From positions 3,200,001 to 3,264,000 of the forward strand of contig CAWEEQ010000004.1 in NCBI GenBank assembly GCA_963808235.1: a stretch of 64,000 nucleotides of DNA, in the 5' to 3' direction. Below, piece after piece: positions 42,610 through 52,408 of this stretch. The DNA is from an uncultured delta proteobacterium (GTDB lineage Bacteria > Desulfobacterota > Binatia > Binatales > Binataceae). The notes beneath the pieces are model-generated. The model searched no databases and was not told where the DNA came from. It worked only from the letters and a program-made list of their open reading frames with translations. Every line of letters starts with the position of its first letter. The stretch's first letter is position 1. The position numbers and the translations under genes are program-made.

Positions 42610-43185
42610 ATGACGCCCAAACTTATCCTCACCGGGTTTATGGCAACCGGGAAAAGCTCGGTGGGCCCGCTCGTCGCCCGCCGCCTCGGATGGCAATTCG
42701 TGGACAGCGACGCCCTGATCGTCGCGCACGCGAAAAAAACCGTCGCGCAAATTTTTGCCGACGACGGCGAAGCGCAATTCAGAAAATTCGAGCGTGAGGT
42801 GATCGCTCACCTCGCCCGCGATCGCCGCCGATGCCCGCATTGCCACGGACCGTATCCCGAGGTGATCTCCACCGGCGGCGGCGCGCTGGTCGAAGAGTCG
42901 AACTGCGCGGCGCTCAAGCGCGCGGGCGTGATCATCTGCCTCGAGGCGCGGCCGGAGATAGTCGCGGCGCGCGTCGAGCGTTCCAAAACCAGGCGTCCGA
43001 AATTAACCGAGAGCGGAAAGTCCACCCTGGATCGGGTAAAAGAACTCATGGCCGAGCGAACCGACGCGTACGCGCGCGCCGACGCCCGAATCGACACCTC
43101 GGATCTTTCCATCGATCAGGCTGCCGAGCGCGTGCTCGACGTCTTCAGCGCCCACGCCGCACGAAAATGCATACCATCCGCGTAA
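42610..43185 (+). CDS. aroK: Shikimate kinase with a CPHC-containing insertion
   Basis: GFMATGKSSVG, GEAQFRKFE, ISTGGG, RRPKL. Confidence 0.93.
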   Translation: MTPKLILTGFMATGKSSVGPLVARRLGWQFVDSDALIVAHAKKTVAQIFADDGEAQFRKFEREVIAHLARDRRRCPHCHGPYPEVISTGGGALVEESNCAALKRAGVIICLEARPEIVAARVERSKTRRPKLTESGKSTLDRVKELMAERTDAYARADARIDTSDLSIDQAAERVLDVFSAHAARKCIPSA

Positions 43186-44264
43186 ATCTCGGCGCCGCTT
43201 CGTACCAGGCACACGCCGGCGCGAACATCGTCGATCAGCTGGGCAAACTTGCGCGCGACGCGGACCTGGAACCCGGCCGATGCGCGATCGTTACCGACTC
43301 CAACGTCGACAAACTGTACGGCGCCCAAGTCGTCGCCGCGCTCGAGAAAAGCGGCTTCGCGCCAGTCGTGATTTCTGTCCCGCCGGGCGAGGCGAGCAAA
43401 TCGCTCGCGACGCTCGAAGTTCTATATGATCGAATGACCGCGGCGGCGCTCGACCGTACCAGCACAGTGTTCGCGCTCGGTGGCGGCGTGGTCGGCGACC
43501 TCGCCGGGTTCGCCGCGTCCAGCTATCTGCGCGGCGTCGCTCTGGTGCAGATACCCACCACCGTGGTCGCGCAGGTGGATTCGGCGCTCGGCGGTAAGAC
43601 CGGCGTCAATCATCGACACGCAAAAAATCTGATCGGCGCCTTCTATCAGCCGCGCCTCGTCGTTGCCGACGTTGCGATGCTCTCGACTCTGCCCGCGCGC
43701 GAGTTCCGCGAAGGATTGGCCGAGGTGATCAAGTATGGCGCCATCATGGACGCCCCGATGATCGCCGACCTCGAGCGCGATCTCCATTCGATCCTCGTGC
43801 GCAAGCTCGACCTTCTCGAGGCGGTCGTCGCGAGGTCGCTGGCGCATAAGGCCGCGGTCGTCTCCGCCGATGAGCGCGAGGCCGGCCTTCGCAAGACGCT
43901 CAACTTCGGCCATACGATTGGCCACGCGATCGAGGCGAGCGCCGGCTACGGCAACTACTTCCATGGCGAGGCGGTCGCGATTGGGATGTCCGCCGCGGCG
44001 CGCCTTTCCTCCGCCTACGCGGGACTCTCCACCGACGACGCATCGCGACTGGAACGCCTGCTCGTGCGCGCCGGCTTGCCGACCGCGATGCCCCCCGGAT
44101 GGCGCGGCGAAGACTTCATCCGCGCCCTGAATCTCGACAAAAAGCGCGCCGCCGGCGCCATCGAATTCGTCCTGCTCGACCGGATCGGCCACTCGTTAAC
44201 GCGAAGTCTGACACTGGACGAGATTGTTACGCCCTTGAGCCCGGTTCCTGACCCGCATATTTGA
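43167..44264 (+). CDS. aroB: 3-dehydroquinate synthase
   Basis: GGGVVGDLAGF, QVDSALGGKTGVN, LNFGHTIGHAIE, HGEAV. Confidence 0.96.
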   Translation: MHTIRVNLGAASYQAHAGANIVDQLGKLARDADLEPGRCAIVTDSNVDKLYGAQVVAALEKSGFAPVVISVPPGEASKSLATLEVLYDRMTAAALDRTSTVFALGGGVVGDLAGFAASSYLRGVALVQIPTTVVAQVDSALGGKTGVNHRHAKNLIGAFYQPRLVVADVAMLSTLPAREFREGLAEVIKYGAIMDAPMIADLERDLHSILVRKLDLLEAVVARSLAHKAAVVSADEREAGLRKTLNFGHTIGHAIEASAGYGNYFHGEAVAIGMSAAARLSSAYAGLSTDDASRLERLLVRAGLPTAMPPGWRGEDFIRALNLDKKRAAGAIEFVLLDRIGHSLTRSLTLDEIVTPLSPVPDPHI

Positions 44265-44470
44265 CCCTCAGCGGGCCAAATTGGCCCTCAGATGACATTT
44301 AGTGTTCTCCACATAACCAAAAGTCAGCGCTTTGGAGCACAACTGGCTTGTGTGCGCGACCCCACTGTGGTGTGTTAACTATGTATTAGGTGGCGTACGA
44401 CGGGCTTGAGCGTCCGCACCTGACCGTAAATCGGGAGGCTGTTGGGGGGACCGACAAACGAGGTGTTCCA

Positions 44471-44707
44471 ATGGATCGAGTCGAGGAAATGAAGAGCAAG
44501 GTTCTGACGGTTCAGGAAGTGTCAACCTACCTGCGCGTCCACCCGTCCACCATCTACCGTATGCTCAAGAAAAACCTTCTCCCTGCTTTCAGGGTCGGCA
44601 GCGACTGGCGCTTCACCGTGGAAGCCATCGATAGGTGGCGCGCGTCGGTCGAGTCGGGCATACCCACGCGCCAGGCTGAGAATCACGCCGAGCTTAGCTC
44701 CAAGTAG
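44471..44707 (+). CDS. Excisionase-like helix-turn-helix DNA-binding protein
   Basis: LTVQEVSTYLRVHPSTIYR...PAFRVGSDWRF; GAGGT RBS. Confidence 0.88.
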   Translation: MDRVEEMKSKVLTVQEVSTYLRVHPSTIYRMLKKNLLPAFRVGSDWRFTVEAIDRWRASVESGIPTRQAENHAELSSK

Positions 44708-44766
44708 CTCGCGAAAAATCTGGTGGCTATCCGCGCACCGGGCTTCCCGGCTCCCCGCCCCGCGCA

Positions 44767-45720
44767 TTAGTTCTGGAAGTACCGGCGCGGATTTTCCACC
44801 AGCATCGCGCGAATCTTCGCCTCGCCGACGCCGGCCCGCTTCAGCGCCGGCACGATATTCTTGAAGACGTGAGTCGGCGTCCAGTTCGCGATCAGCTTCG
44901 CGGTTTCCGGCGTCAGATCGAGCCCGCGTCCGAGCCAGCACGCCACCGTATCGTGCGAGAGCACGAGCTGACTCTCATATCCCACTCCGAGCAGCCCAAT
45001 CAGCGCCGCCAGGCGAAGTTTGTCGGGATGCAGGAAGTCCAGCCCGAACCTGTCGAACCCAAGCGTGCATCCTCGATCGAGCATCGCGGTGTGATAGCTC
45101 AAGTCCGATGACCCGCAGCTATGCCCGATGATCACGTGGCTCAAGTCGACGCCCTCTGAGGTGAAGATGTCGAGCTGCTCGCGGCCCATCGTGCCGTCCT
45201 CGGTATGCGTCGTGATCGGCACCCCGGTCGTACGCTGCGCGCGCGCCGCCGCCCGCAAACACATCTCCTCGTACTTCGTGACCTGTCCCTTGCCGGTGGC
45301 GCACTTGATAATGCCCGCCTTGATTCCGGTGTCGTCGATTCCCTTGGTGATCTCGCTCACGTAAACCGCCGCGATATCGTCAATGGTCCGCTGCTTGAAG
45401 TACGCCGTGTTGCCCAGATCTTCCTTGTAAAGCCCGGTCGCGCAGATTATTCGCACCCCCGACGCCGACGCGACTTCCGCCATGAAGTTCACGTCGCGCC
45501 CGATATCCATCGGACACGGATCGACAAACGTCTCGAGCCCTAAGTCGCGCACTTCCTTCAGCCGCTCGACGCAATTCTTCAGCGCCGATTTCCGCTCGAA
45601 CTTGGGCGCCGCGCAATCGAGCTCCCATCCCGCCCATCCGATCAGCAGATGCTCATGCATCAGCGTGGTGCCAAGCTGTTCCGCACTCGTGGTCCCCGTA
45701 ACCGTATTGATTGTTTTCAT
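44767..45720 (-). CDS. Phosphotriesterase family amidohydrolase/lactonase
   Basis: TLMHEHL, AGIIKCA, ITTHT, IGHS, LSHD, ENPRR. Confidence 0.93.
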   Translation of the reverse strand: MKTINTVTGTTSAEQLGTTLMHEHLLIGWAGWELDCAAPKFERKSALKNCVERLKEVRDLGLETFVDPCPMDIGRDVNFMAEVASASGVRIICATGLYKEDLGNTAYFKQRTIDDIAAVYVSEITKGIDDTGIKAGIIKCATGKGQVTKYEEMCLRAAARAQRTTGVPITTHTEDGTMGREQLDIFTSEGVDLSHVIIGHSCGSSDLSYHTAMLDRGCTLGFDRFGLDFLHPDKLRLAALIGLLGVGYESQLVLSHDTVACWLGRGLDLTPETAKLIANWTPTHVFKNIVPALKRAGVGEAKIRAMLVENPRRYFQN

Positions 45721-45804
45721 CGCAGATGTCCCCGGCGACCTGAAGATTCCCGTCGCTGATTTGACAACTAGACCCGACGCCGATGCGCCGTCAAATGGTG
45801 CGAA

Positions 45805-46377
45805 TCAACTGCGCCGCTTGGAATCGGCGTCGGTTTCGTCAGAGCCAAAAAGCATCGCGAGAATGATCATCGTGACGCCGATCGAGATCGCGCTGTCAGC
45901 GACGTTGAACACGGGGTAGTTCAAATCGTAGTAATGCACCCGAACGAAATCGATCACTTGCCCGCGAATCGCCCGATCGATCAGGTTTCCCGCAGCACCT
46001 CCCAATATCAATGCCCACGCGACCGAAGTAACCGATACCCGCTCGGACCGAACGATCAGTACCAGCAGCACCACGATTGCCGTCGCCGCCAGCAGCATCA
46101 GAAACGATGCGCGCACCCACAGCGGCGCTTCGGCGAAGATGCTGAACGCGGCGCCCGGATTCTGCGTATACGTGAGGTCGAGGAAATTACGAATCAGCGC
46201 GATACTCTCGTAAAGCTCCATGTGCGCCTGCACGAACTGCTTAGACGCCTGATCGAGCAAAATGATCGGAATCGTGATCGCGCCGATCAAAAACAGATAC
46301 GGCCTCCGCGGCGCCCCACCCGCAGGCTCTCCCGCCGCTCGTTGTTCAGCGGAGCTTTGCGTCACCGGCGCCGGCAC
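45805..46377 (-). CDS. lspA: Lipoprotein signal peptidase
   Basis: DQASK, NPGAAFS, GAAGNLIDR, VIDF, FNVADSAI; follows ileS. Confidence 0.95.
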   Translation of the reverse strand: MPAPVTQSSAEQRAAGEPAGGAPRRPYLFLIGAITIPIILLDQASKQFVQAHMELYESIALIRNFLDLTYTQNPGAAFSIFAEAPLWVRASFLMLLAATAIVVLLVLIVRSERVSVTSVAWALILGGAAGNLIDRAIRGQVIDFVRVHYYDLNYPVFNVADSAISIGVTMIILAMLFGSDETDADSKRRS

Positions 46378-46390
46378 AACGCTCCTAACA

Positions 46391-46409
46391 CCTCTCCCTT
46401 CGGGAGAGG
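46391..46409. repeat. REP-like palindrome CCTCTCCC-TTC-GGGAGAGG
   Basis: 8-bp perfect stem in the ileS-lspA spacer; resembles the element at 2664. Confidence 0.5.
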
Positions 46410-46500
46410 CCGACGCGCATCGCGTAGCGACCCGTGAAAAAGGTGAAAAACGAGCAATGGGTAAGGGTCCTCATTCCAGATTCCGCGTGTGCCGCCAATT

Positions 46501-49404
46501 CTACACCCTCAGCACTTCGCGACAGCGCGGATCCAATTCCGCATCCCCACCGTCATCGAAGTACTTCCAGCATCGCGCGCACTTCACCCCCGACGCATGA
46601 CGCCCGAGCATCGTGATCGCCGGATTCGCACTGGTCCGCGCAAAGGTGCCGTCGACCGCGAAATTCTCCTCCCCGCCCGCCTGCCGCCTTAACTCCGCCG
46701 CCTCTGCATCGCTCAAGATCGCAACTTCCGAAACGATAAACAGATCTTTCAGGTCTTCGCGATACCGTTTGATTGTCTGCGCGAGCCCGCTCTCAGAGCC
46801 ACCGTCAACGCCCAGACTGATCGCCGCGTCGAGCGGCGCGCCGATCGTTCCCGATTTACGCATCGCCTCGAGCAGCTTCAGCGCCTCGTCGCGCACTTTG
46901 AGCAGCCGCTCCCATCGTGACTCCAAATCGGCGTCGCGCCACTGTGGATTCGGCCCATGCATCGTCGTCAGATGCACACTCTCGGCGCGCTCGCCCGGCA
47001 CATACCCGTAAACTTCCTCGGCCGTGAACGGGATCAACGGCGCAAGCATCCTGACGATCGTGTCGAGAATATGGAACAGCGCGGTCTGCGCCGAGCGCCG
47101 CTCGACAGATTGTTCCGCCGCGCAATACAAACGATCGCGCGCGACGTCGATATAGAGCGAACTCAGATCGACCACGATAAAATTCTGCATCAAGTGATAA
47201 GCGGTCTGAAACTCGAACACTTCGTAAGCCGCGCGCACCTCGGTCTTCAACTTTTCAAGCCGTCCCAGGACAAACCGATCGAACTCCAGCATCGTTCCAT
47301 ATTCGACCGCGTCGCGTGCCGGATCGAAATCCGCCAGGTTGCCGAGCAGGAATTTGCAGGTGTTGCGAATCTTGCGATACGACTCCGACACCGCATTGAA
47401 GATCGTCGGTCCGAGCGTGATTTCCGTCGTGTAGTCGAGCGACGCGTACACCAGCCGCAACACATCGGCGCCCATCCGCCCCGCCGTGTCGACCGCGTCC
47501 TCCGAGTTGCCGAGCGACTTCGACATCTTGCGGCGCTTTTCGTCGATCGTGAGCCCGTGGCTGATCACGTTCTTGAACGGTGCGGTCCCGCGCTCCGAAA
47601 CCGCGCACACCAGCGACGAGCCGAACCATCCGCGCGCCTGCTCGACGGCCTCGAGGTACGCATCCGCCGGCCAGGTCAGTTCTTTTCGCGCCGCGAGCAC
47701 CGCGGCTTGCGATGCGCCCGAGTCGAACCACACGTCGAGAACGTCTTCCTCTTTGATAAAGGTCGCGCCGCCGCACTTCGCGCACTTCAGACTTGGCGCC
47801 ACGAAGTCCGCCGCCGGCCTGCTGTACCATGCGTCCGAACCTTCACGCGCGAAAACTTGTCCCACCCGATCCATCGTCGCGAGATCGAGCGCGATCTCGT
47901 CGCACTCCGCGCACCTGACCGCCGGAATCGGCACTCCCCACGCGCGCTGGCGTGAGATCGTCCAGTCCGGCCGGGTCTCGGTCATGTTGCGGATTCGATC
48001 CCGCGACCATCCGGGAAACCATTTCACCGCGTCGATCGCATCGACCAGCTTTTGCCGCAAACCGTTGTGGTCGATACTCACGAACCACTGTTCCGTGGCG
48101 CGGAAAATCAGCGGATTCTTGCATCGCCAGCAATGCGGGTACTGATGCTCGTAATTTTTCGAATGAATCAGCGCGCCGGCTTCCCTGAGCTTCGCGACGA
48201 TCGAATTGTTGGCGCGAAAGACATTCTGCCCGCGCCACTCTCCGCCGTCCGCGGTGAAGAGTCCCGCGTTATCGACCGGGGTGAACGGCGTCAGCCCATA
48301 CTTGTTGCCGATCACAAAGTCGTCGTAGCCGTGGCCGGGCGCGGTATGCACCAGGCCGGTGCCGGTATCCGCGGTCACGTGTCCGCCGTACATCAGCTTG
48401 ACGTCGCGCGTCAAAAACGGATGCCGAAAAATATCCTTGCCGTCGAGCGCGTTCAGCGCGTCGCGGCTAAGCGCGATTCGCTTCTCGACGATAAGTCCGC
48501 ATTCCTTTTCGACCGCGTCGGCCAGCCGCTCCGCGACCACGTACCAATTCTCGCCCGACTTGAGCGCGACGTAGTCGAACGTCTCATTGAGCGCGATTCC
48601 GAGATTCGCCGGTAGCGTCCACGGCGTGGTCGTCCAGATCACGGCGGACAGCTTGCCCGCTTTGTGAGCGGTCGCGAGCTCGGCGCCGTCTTTCTTACCT
48701 GCTGCGAGCGCGGCCGCGGCCGCGTCAGTAAGATTCGCGTTGAACTTGAATGCCACGTAGATCGACGGCGACACGTGCTCGCGATATTCTACTTCGGCCT
48801 CCGCCAGCGCGGTGCGGCAATCCCAGCACCACAGCACCGGGCGCAGCCCGCGGTACACGTAGCCGTGCTCGACCATCTTGCGCAGCACGCCGATTTCCGC
48901 CGCGTCGTACTCGGGCGCCATCGTCAGATACGGATTGAACCAGTCGCCGATCACACCCAGGCGCCGGAAATCCGAGCGCTGCAGATCGATCCATTTCTCG
49001 GCTTCTTTCCGGCATAGGCCGCGCAGTTCGAGCTTCGGAATCGTGCGCCACTTCTCACCCAGATCGCGCGAGACCTTGTGCTCGATCGGCATCCCGTGAC
49101 AGTCCCATCCCGGCACGAACGGGGTCCGATACCCCATCATCGAGCGCGAGCGCACCACGAAATCTTTCAGAATTTTGTTGAGCGCGGTCCCCAGATGAAC
49201 TCTGCCGTTAGCGTACGGAGGCCCGTCATGCAGCACCCACGACGGCGCATCCTTGCGCACGTCCATGAGCCGTTCGTAGAGCCGCATCTGGTCCCATCGC
49301 GCAAGCATCTCCGGCTCCCGCTTGGGCAAATTAGCCTTCATCGGAAACTCAGTCTTAGGAAGCTTCAGCGTCGATTTGTAGTCAGTCTCAGCCACTTCAC
49401 CCAA
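46501..49404 (-). CDS. ileS: Isoleucine-tRNA ligase (bacterial type 1)
   Basis: LHDGPPYANG, PGWDCHGMPIE, WTTTPWTLP, ISRQRAWG, KMSKS, C-terminal KCARCW zinc site. Confidence 0.98.
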   Translation of the reverse strand: MGEVAETDYKSTLKLPKTEFPMKANLPKREPEMLARWDQMRLYERLMDVRKDAPSWVLHDGPPYANGRVHLGTALNKILKDFVVRSRSMMGYRTPFVPGWDCHGMPIEHKVSRDLGEKWRTIPKLELRGLCRKEAEKWIDLQRSDFRRLGVIGDWFNPYLTMAPEYDAAEIGVLRKMVEHGYVYRGLRPVLWCWDCRTALAEAEVEYREHVSPSIYVAFKFNANLTDAAAAALAAGKKDGAELATAHKAGKLSAVIWTTTPWTLPANLGIALNETFDYVALKSGENWYVVAERLADAVEKECGLIVEKRIALSRDALNALDGKDIFRHPFLTRDVKLMYGGHVTADTGTGLVHTAPGHGYDDFVIGNKYGLTPFTPVDNAGLFTADGGEWRGQNVFRANNSIVAKLREAGALIHSKNYEHQYPHCWRCKNPLIFRATEQWFVSIDHNGLRQKLVDAIDAVKWFPGWSRDRIRNMTETRPDWTISRQRAWGVPIPAVRCAECDEIALDLATMDRVGQVFAREGSDAWYSRPAADFVAPSLKCAKCGGATFIKEEDVLDVWFDSGASQAAVLAARKELTWPADAYLEAVEQARGWFGSSLVCAVSERGTAPFKNVISHGLTIDEKRRKMSKSLGNSEDAVDTAGRMGADVLRLVYASLDYTTEITLGPTIFNAVSESYRKIRNTCKFLLGNLADFDPARDAVEYGTMLEFDRFVLGRLEKLKTEVRAAYEVFEFQTAYHLMQNFIVVDLSSLYIDVARDRLYCAAEQSVERRSAQTALFHILDTIVRMLAPLIPFTAEEVYGYVPGERAESVHLTTMHGPNPQWRDADLESRWERLLKVRDEALKLLEAMRKSGTIGAPLDAAISLGVDGGSESGLAQTIKRYREDLKDLFIVSEVAILSDAEAAELRRQAGGEENFAVDGTFARTSANPAITMLGRHASGVKCARCWKYFDDGGDAELDPRCREVLRV

Positions 49405-49487
49405 GATTAACGTACCCGCCCTTCATTCGCGAGCATCAACCCGAATGGGCCCTGTGGGAACGTGAAAAATGTGAAACCTTCCAAAGG

Positions 49488-49638
49488 TTTGCTCTGTCTG
49501 TGTCACTCCTTTTTCGTGTCACTCTGAGCGCAGCGAAGAACCCCGGATCTTTCTCCACGCCGACAACACCACACCATCCACAAAACCAACCGATCCGCCC
49601 GATCCCCGAATGGAAACTGTGGGAAGCGTGAAACCTTT
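49488..49638 (+). repeat. Left copy of a ~150-bp direct repeat containing a REP-like GTCACTCTGAGCGCAGCGAAGAAC motif
   Basis: Aligns by eye with 50469-50629; ends in the middle of the GTGAAACCTTT palindrome. Confidence 0.9.
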
Positions 49639-49700
49639 GGTACTGGCGTCTTTTCAGCCCCGCAGACGCGGAGTGGCGTCATTTGAAAAGTGAAGTGGCG

Positions 49701-49961
49701 TCATTTCGCTAGACGCGGATCGTCGCTGGCGACACAGATCGAGTGCTTAATTCGGCAATGAAATGAATCCGGGTCGTTCTTCTCTTCCCCCTGCATTTGG
49801 TCCAGCCGATCTATGCAAACAGTCTCGGAATCGAACGAGTGAAATTTCAGCCATTTCGTCAAGGGCGCGTTTGGATCGCAGCCAAATACGCTGTTTTGGA
49901 GAGGCGGTAGCATCAGATACCAGCCCACAAGCGCGAGCGCGGCGGCGTGACGAAGATTCAT
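49701..49961 (-). CDS. Small Cys-containing, probably exported hypothetical protein (RHAAALALVGWYLM...DDPRL type)
   Basis: 86 aa with a hydrophobic N-terminus and four Cys; lies between the direct repeats. Confidence 0.75.
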   Translation of the reverse strand: MNLRHAAALALVGWYLMLPPLQNSVFGCDPNAPLTKWLKFHSFDSETVCIDRLDQMQGEEKNDPDSFHCRIKHSICVASDDPRLAK

Positions 49962-50270
49962 CGAGATTTGAGATTATATCTACGGAACCATTCCCACGCA
50001 CGCCGATCACAGAACCTCAAAGATTCGTCGCATTTCGATCGCTGTCCCGAACAGCTCGGCGAAGACATCCGCAGCTACCAACTGCATCTGATCCACCAAA
50101 AGGCTTCCTGGTCCCGATTCAATCAAGTGGTCTGCGCCATGCGCTTTCTGTACGCCACCACGCTTTGTCGCTCAGAGCAGATGCCACGCATTCCCTACGG
50201 CAAGAAGCCCAAGAGTTTGCCCTGCGTGCTCAGCACTGAGGAAGTGGCGTCGCTATTGACGGCGGCTCGT
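49960..50270 (+). pseudogene. Degenerate N-terminal (SAM-like) fragment of a tyrosine recombinase of the type paired with IS91-family transposases
   Basis: PEQLGEDIRSYQLHL...SWSRFNQVVCAMRFLY...RIPYGKKPKSLPCVLSTEEVASLL; no catalytic domain follows. Confidence 0.8.
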
Positions 50271-50468
50271 TACCGGCCCGCGCCGCCCCCGCCCCGTCTT
50301 CAACGCGCGGAATCGTCAAAATTCACCCACTCGATTTGCAGAAGAGGCAAAAAAGTTAAACCGGTTCCCCCTCCATCGAGGGAAGAGGCCACGATTAAGG
50401 TCGCCCGCCTCCGCTCCGCCGTCTTTTTCTTTGTGTCACCCTGAGCAAGCGAACGGCCCCCGGATCAT

Positions 50469-50706
50469 TTTGCTCTTTTCGTGTCACCCCTTTTTTTCGT
50501 GTCATTCTGAGCGCAGCGAAGAACCCCGGATCTTTCTCCACGCTCACAACACCACACCATCCACAAACCCAACCGATTCGCCCGATCCCCGAATGGAAAC
50601 TGTGGGAACGTCACAAACGTGAAACCTTTCAAAGGTTTCACATCCGTCCCTGGCGCGGCGAAGATTCCATCTGTGGAACCTTTGAAAGGTTCCACTCCTC
50701 CCACAG
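50469..50706 (+). repeat. Right copy of the direct repeat plus a double-palindrome element
   Basis: Perfect palindromes at 50619-50641 and 50673-50695, enclosed by CTGTGGGA (50600) and TCCCACAG (50699). Confidence 0.88.
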
Positions 50707-50897
50707 TATTAAATTCGAATCGGTCCCCTTTCCTCAAGGGACATCCGTGCCCATTTGAATCCCGGCGCCCCGCTTCGTATGATTTCGCGCGCGCACACGT
50801 ATCTTCGCCGTCCATTTGTGATGAACTGTTCATCCTTACAAATCATCTCCACTTGAGCGAAAATAAGAGGCTTGTCGAATTTCGACGCACACATTTT

Positions 50898-51200
50898 ATG
50901 GGACTCAGAAAAGTAACTCTCTTCGATAAGGAAGGCGCTACCCTCGTATCCGTCGACGAGGACGGACAGGCCAAACCCGCCGTCCTCGGCGTCCGATGGA
51001 CCAATCCGGACACCTTCGAAACCATTCGCGTGCGCGGCGGAAAACGCACCGGCCCTAAAAACGAAGTCCTGATGGAAATACCGCCGACCCTCGATACCAG
51101 CCCGTTCGCAATCGAGGATCTGCCCCCGCCCAAGGTCAAAGAAGAACTCGCGGAAATCGAAAAGCCGCCTCCCTCGAAAAAATCCGCGAAAAAACCATGA
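50898..51200 (+). CDS. Hypothetical protein with a Pro/Lys-rich tail
   Basis: 100 aa from MGLRKVTLF; stop overlaps the next ATG (ATGA). Confidence 0.7.
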   Translation: MGLRKVTLFDKEGATLVSVDEDGQAKPAVLGVRWTNPDTFETIRVRGGKRTGPKNEVLMEIPPTLDTSPFAIEDLPPPKVKEELAEIEKPPPSKKSAKKP

Positions 51201-52405
51201 CTCCTTCCGATGGCGCGCTCGCGGGCCTTCGAGTCCTCGATCTCACCGGCCACCGCGCACAGCTATGCGCCCGGTTGCTCGCCGACATGGGCGCCAACGT
51301 CATCAAGGTCGAGCCGCCCACCGGCGACGACGCCCGCCGCATCGGCCCCTTCCTCGACGACCTCCCGCATCACGATCGCAGCCTGTTTTTCTGGTTCTAC
51401 AATCTCAACAAGCGCTCCTTGACGCTTGATCTGAACGATTCGCGCGGCGCCGCTATCGCGCTTCAGCTCGCGCGCTCCGCCGATGTCGTGATCGAAAGCT
51501 TCGCGCCCGGCACGCTCGACAAGATGGGCCTCGGATGGGATACCCTCCATCGCGAAAATCCCGCACTCGTCCTCTGTTCGATCGCACCGTTCGGCCAAAC
51601 CGGCCCGTATCGAGATTTCGCCGCCGATGACACCGTGCTCACCGCGATGGGTGGGATGCTCTACGTCAACGGCTTCCCGGACCATCAACCGGTTCGCCCG
51701 CTCGGCCTCCAGGCCTATCATTCGTCGGCATACTTCGGCGCGATCGCCGTGATGCTCGCGCTGCTCGCCCGCGACACCACCTCCGAAGGACAATGGATCG
51801 ACCTCAGCATGCAGGAGGCCACGGCCGCGGCCGTCGAGCACGTCGCCGCCGGATTCTTCGAACGCAAGGAAGCCGAACCGCGCCGCGGCACGCTCCATTG
51901 GAGCCGCTTCTTCCGGGTCGGCCGATGCCGCGACGGATACATCATGCATTGCACGCTCGGCGACTGGACCTCGCTCATCGAATGGGTGAAGTCCGACGGC
52001 AAAGCCGCCGACCTCGAGGCGCCTGACTATCACCAGGTGATGTACCGGTTCCTGATGGCCGAGCATCTGTTCGACGTTCTCGACGATTGGGCCAAAGACT
52101 ACCCGCGCGCCGAACTGATCGAACGCGCCCAGCTCCTTCGCCAACCCTACGCGTCGGTCCGTCCGCCCGAATCGCTCTTCGACGACGAGCAACTCTTGGC
52201 GCGCAACTTCTTCGTCGAAGTCGAGCACCCCGAACTCGGCCGCAAGTTCCGCTACCCGGGCGCACCGTATCTGTTCAACGGCACCCCGTGGCGCGTTTCG
52301 CGGCGTCCGCCGCTGCTCGGCGAGCACACCGGCAACATCCTCCGCGACGAACTCGCGATGGCTCCAGAAGCGCTCGCAACGCTATTCGCCGAGAATGTCA
52401 TCTGA
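51197..52405 (+). CDS. CaiB/BaiF CoA-transferase subunit (Asp position replaced, BbsE-like)
   Basis: LRVLDLTG, NLNKRSLTLD, PPLLGEHT; LQAYH at the catalytic Asp position. Confidence 0.9.
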   Translation: MTPSDGALAGLRVLDLTGHRAQLCARLLADMGANVIKVEPPTGDDARRIGPFLDDLPHHDRSLFFWFYNLNKRSLTLDLNDSRGAAIALQLARSADVVIESFAPGTLDKMGLGWDTLHRENPALVLCSIAPFGQTGPYRDFAADDTVLTAMGGMLYVNGFPDHQPVRPLGLQAYHSSAYFGAIAVMLALLARDTTSEGQWIDLSMQEATAAAVEHVAAGFFERKEAEPRRGTLHWSRFFRVGRCRDGYIMHCTLGDWTSLIEWVKSDGKAADLEAPDYHQVMYRFLMAEHLFDVLDDWAKDYPRAELIERAQLLRQPYASVRPPESLFDDEQLLARNFFVEVEHPELGRKFRYPGAPYLFNGTPWRVSRRPPLLGEHTGNILRDELAMAPEALATLFAENVI

Positions 52406-52408
52406 ACA

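Noticed and set aside
49441-50706. CRISPR array or integron attC cassettes
   Set aside because: No regular repeat-spacer period, no cas genes, and the palindromes lack RYYYAAC/GTTRRRY ends.
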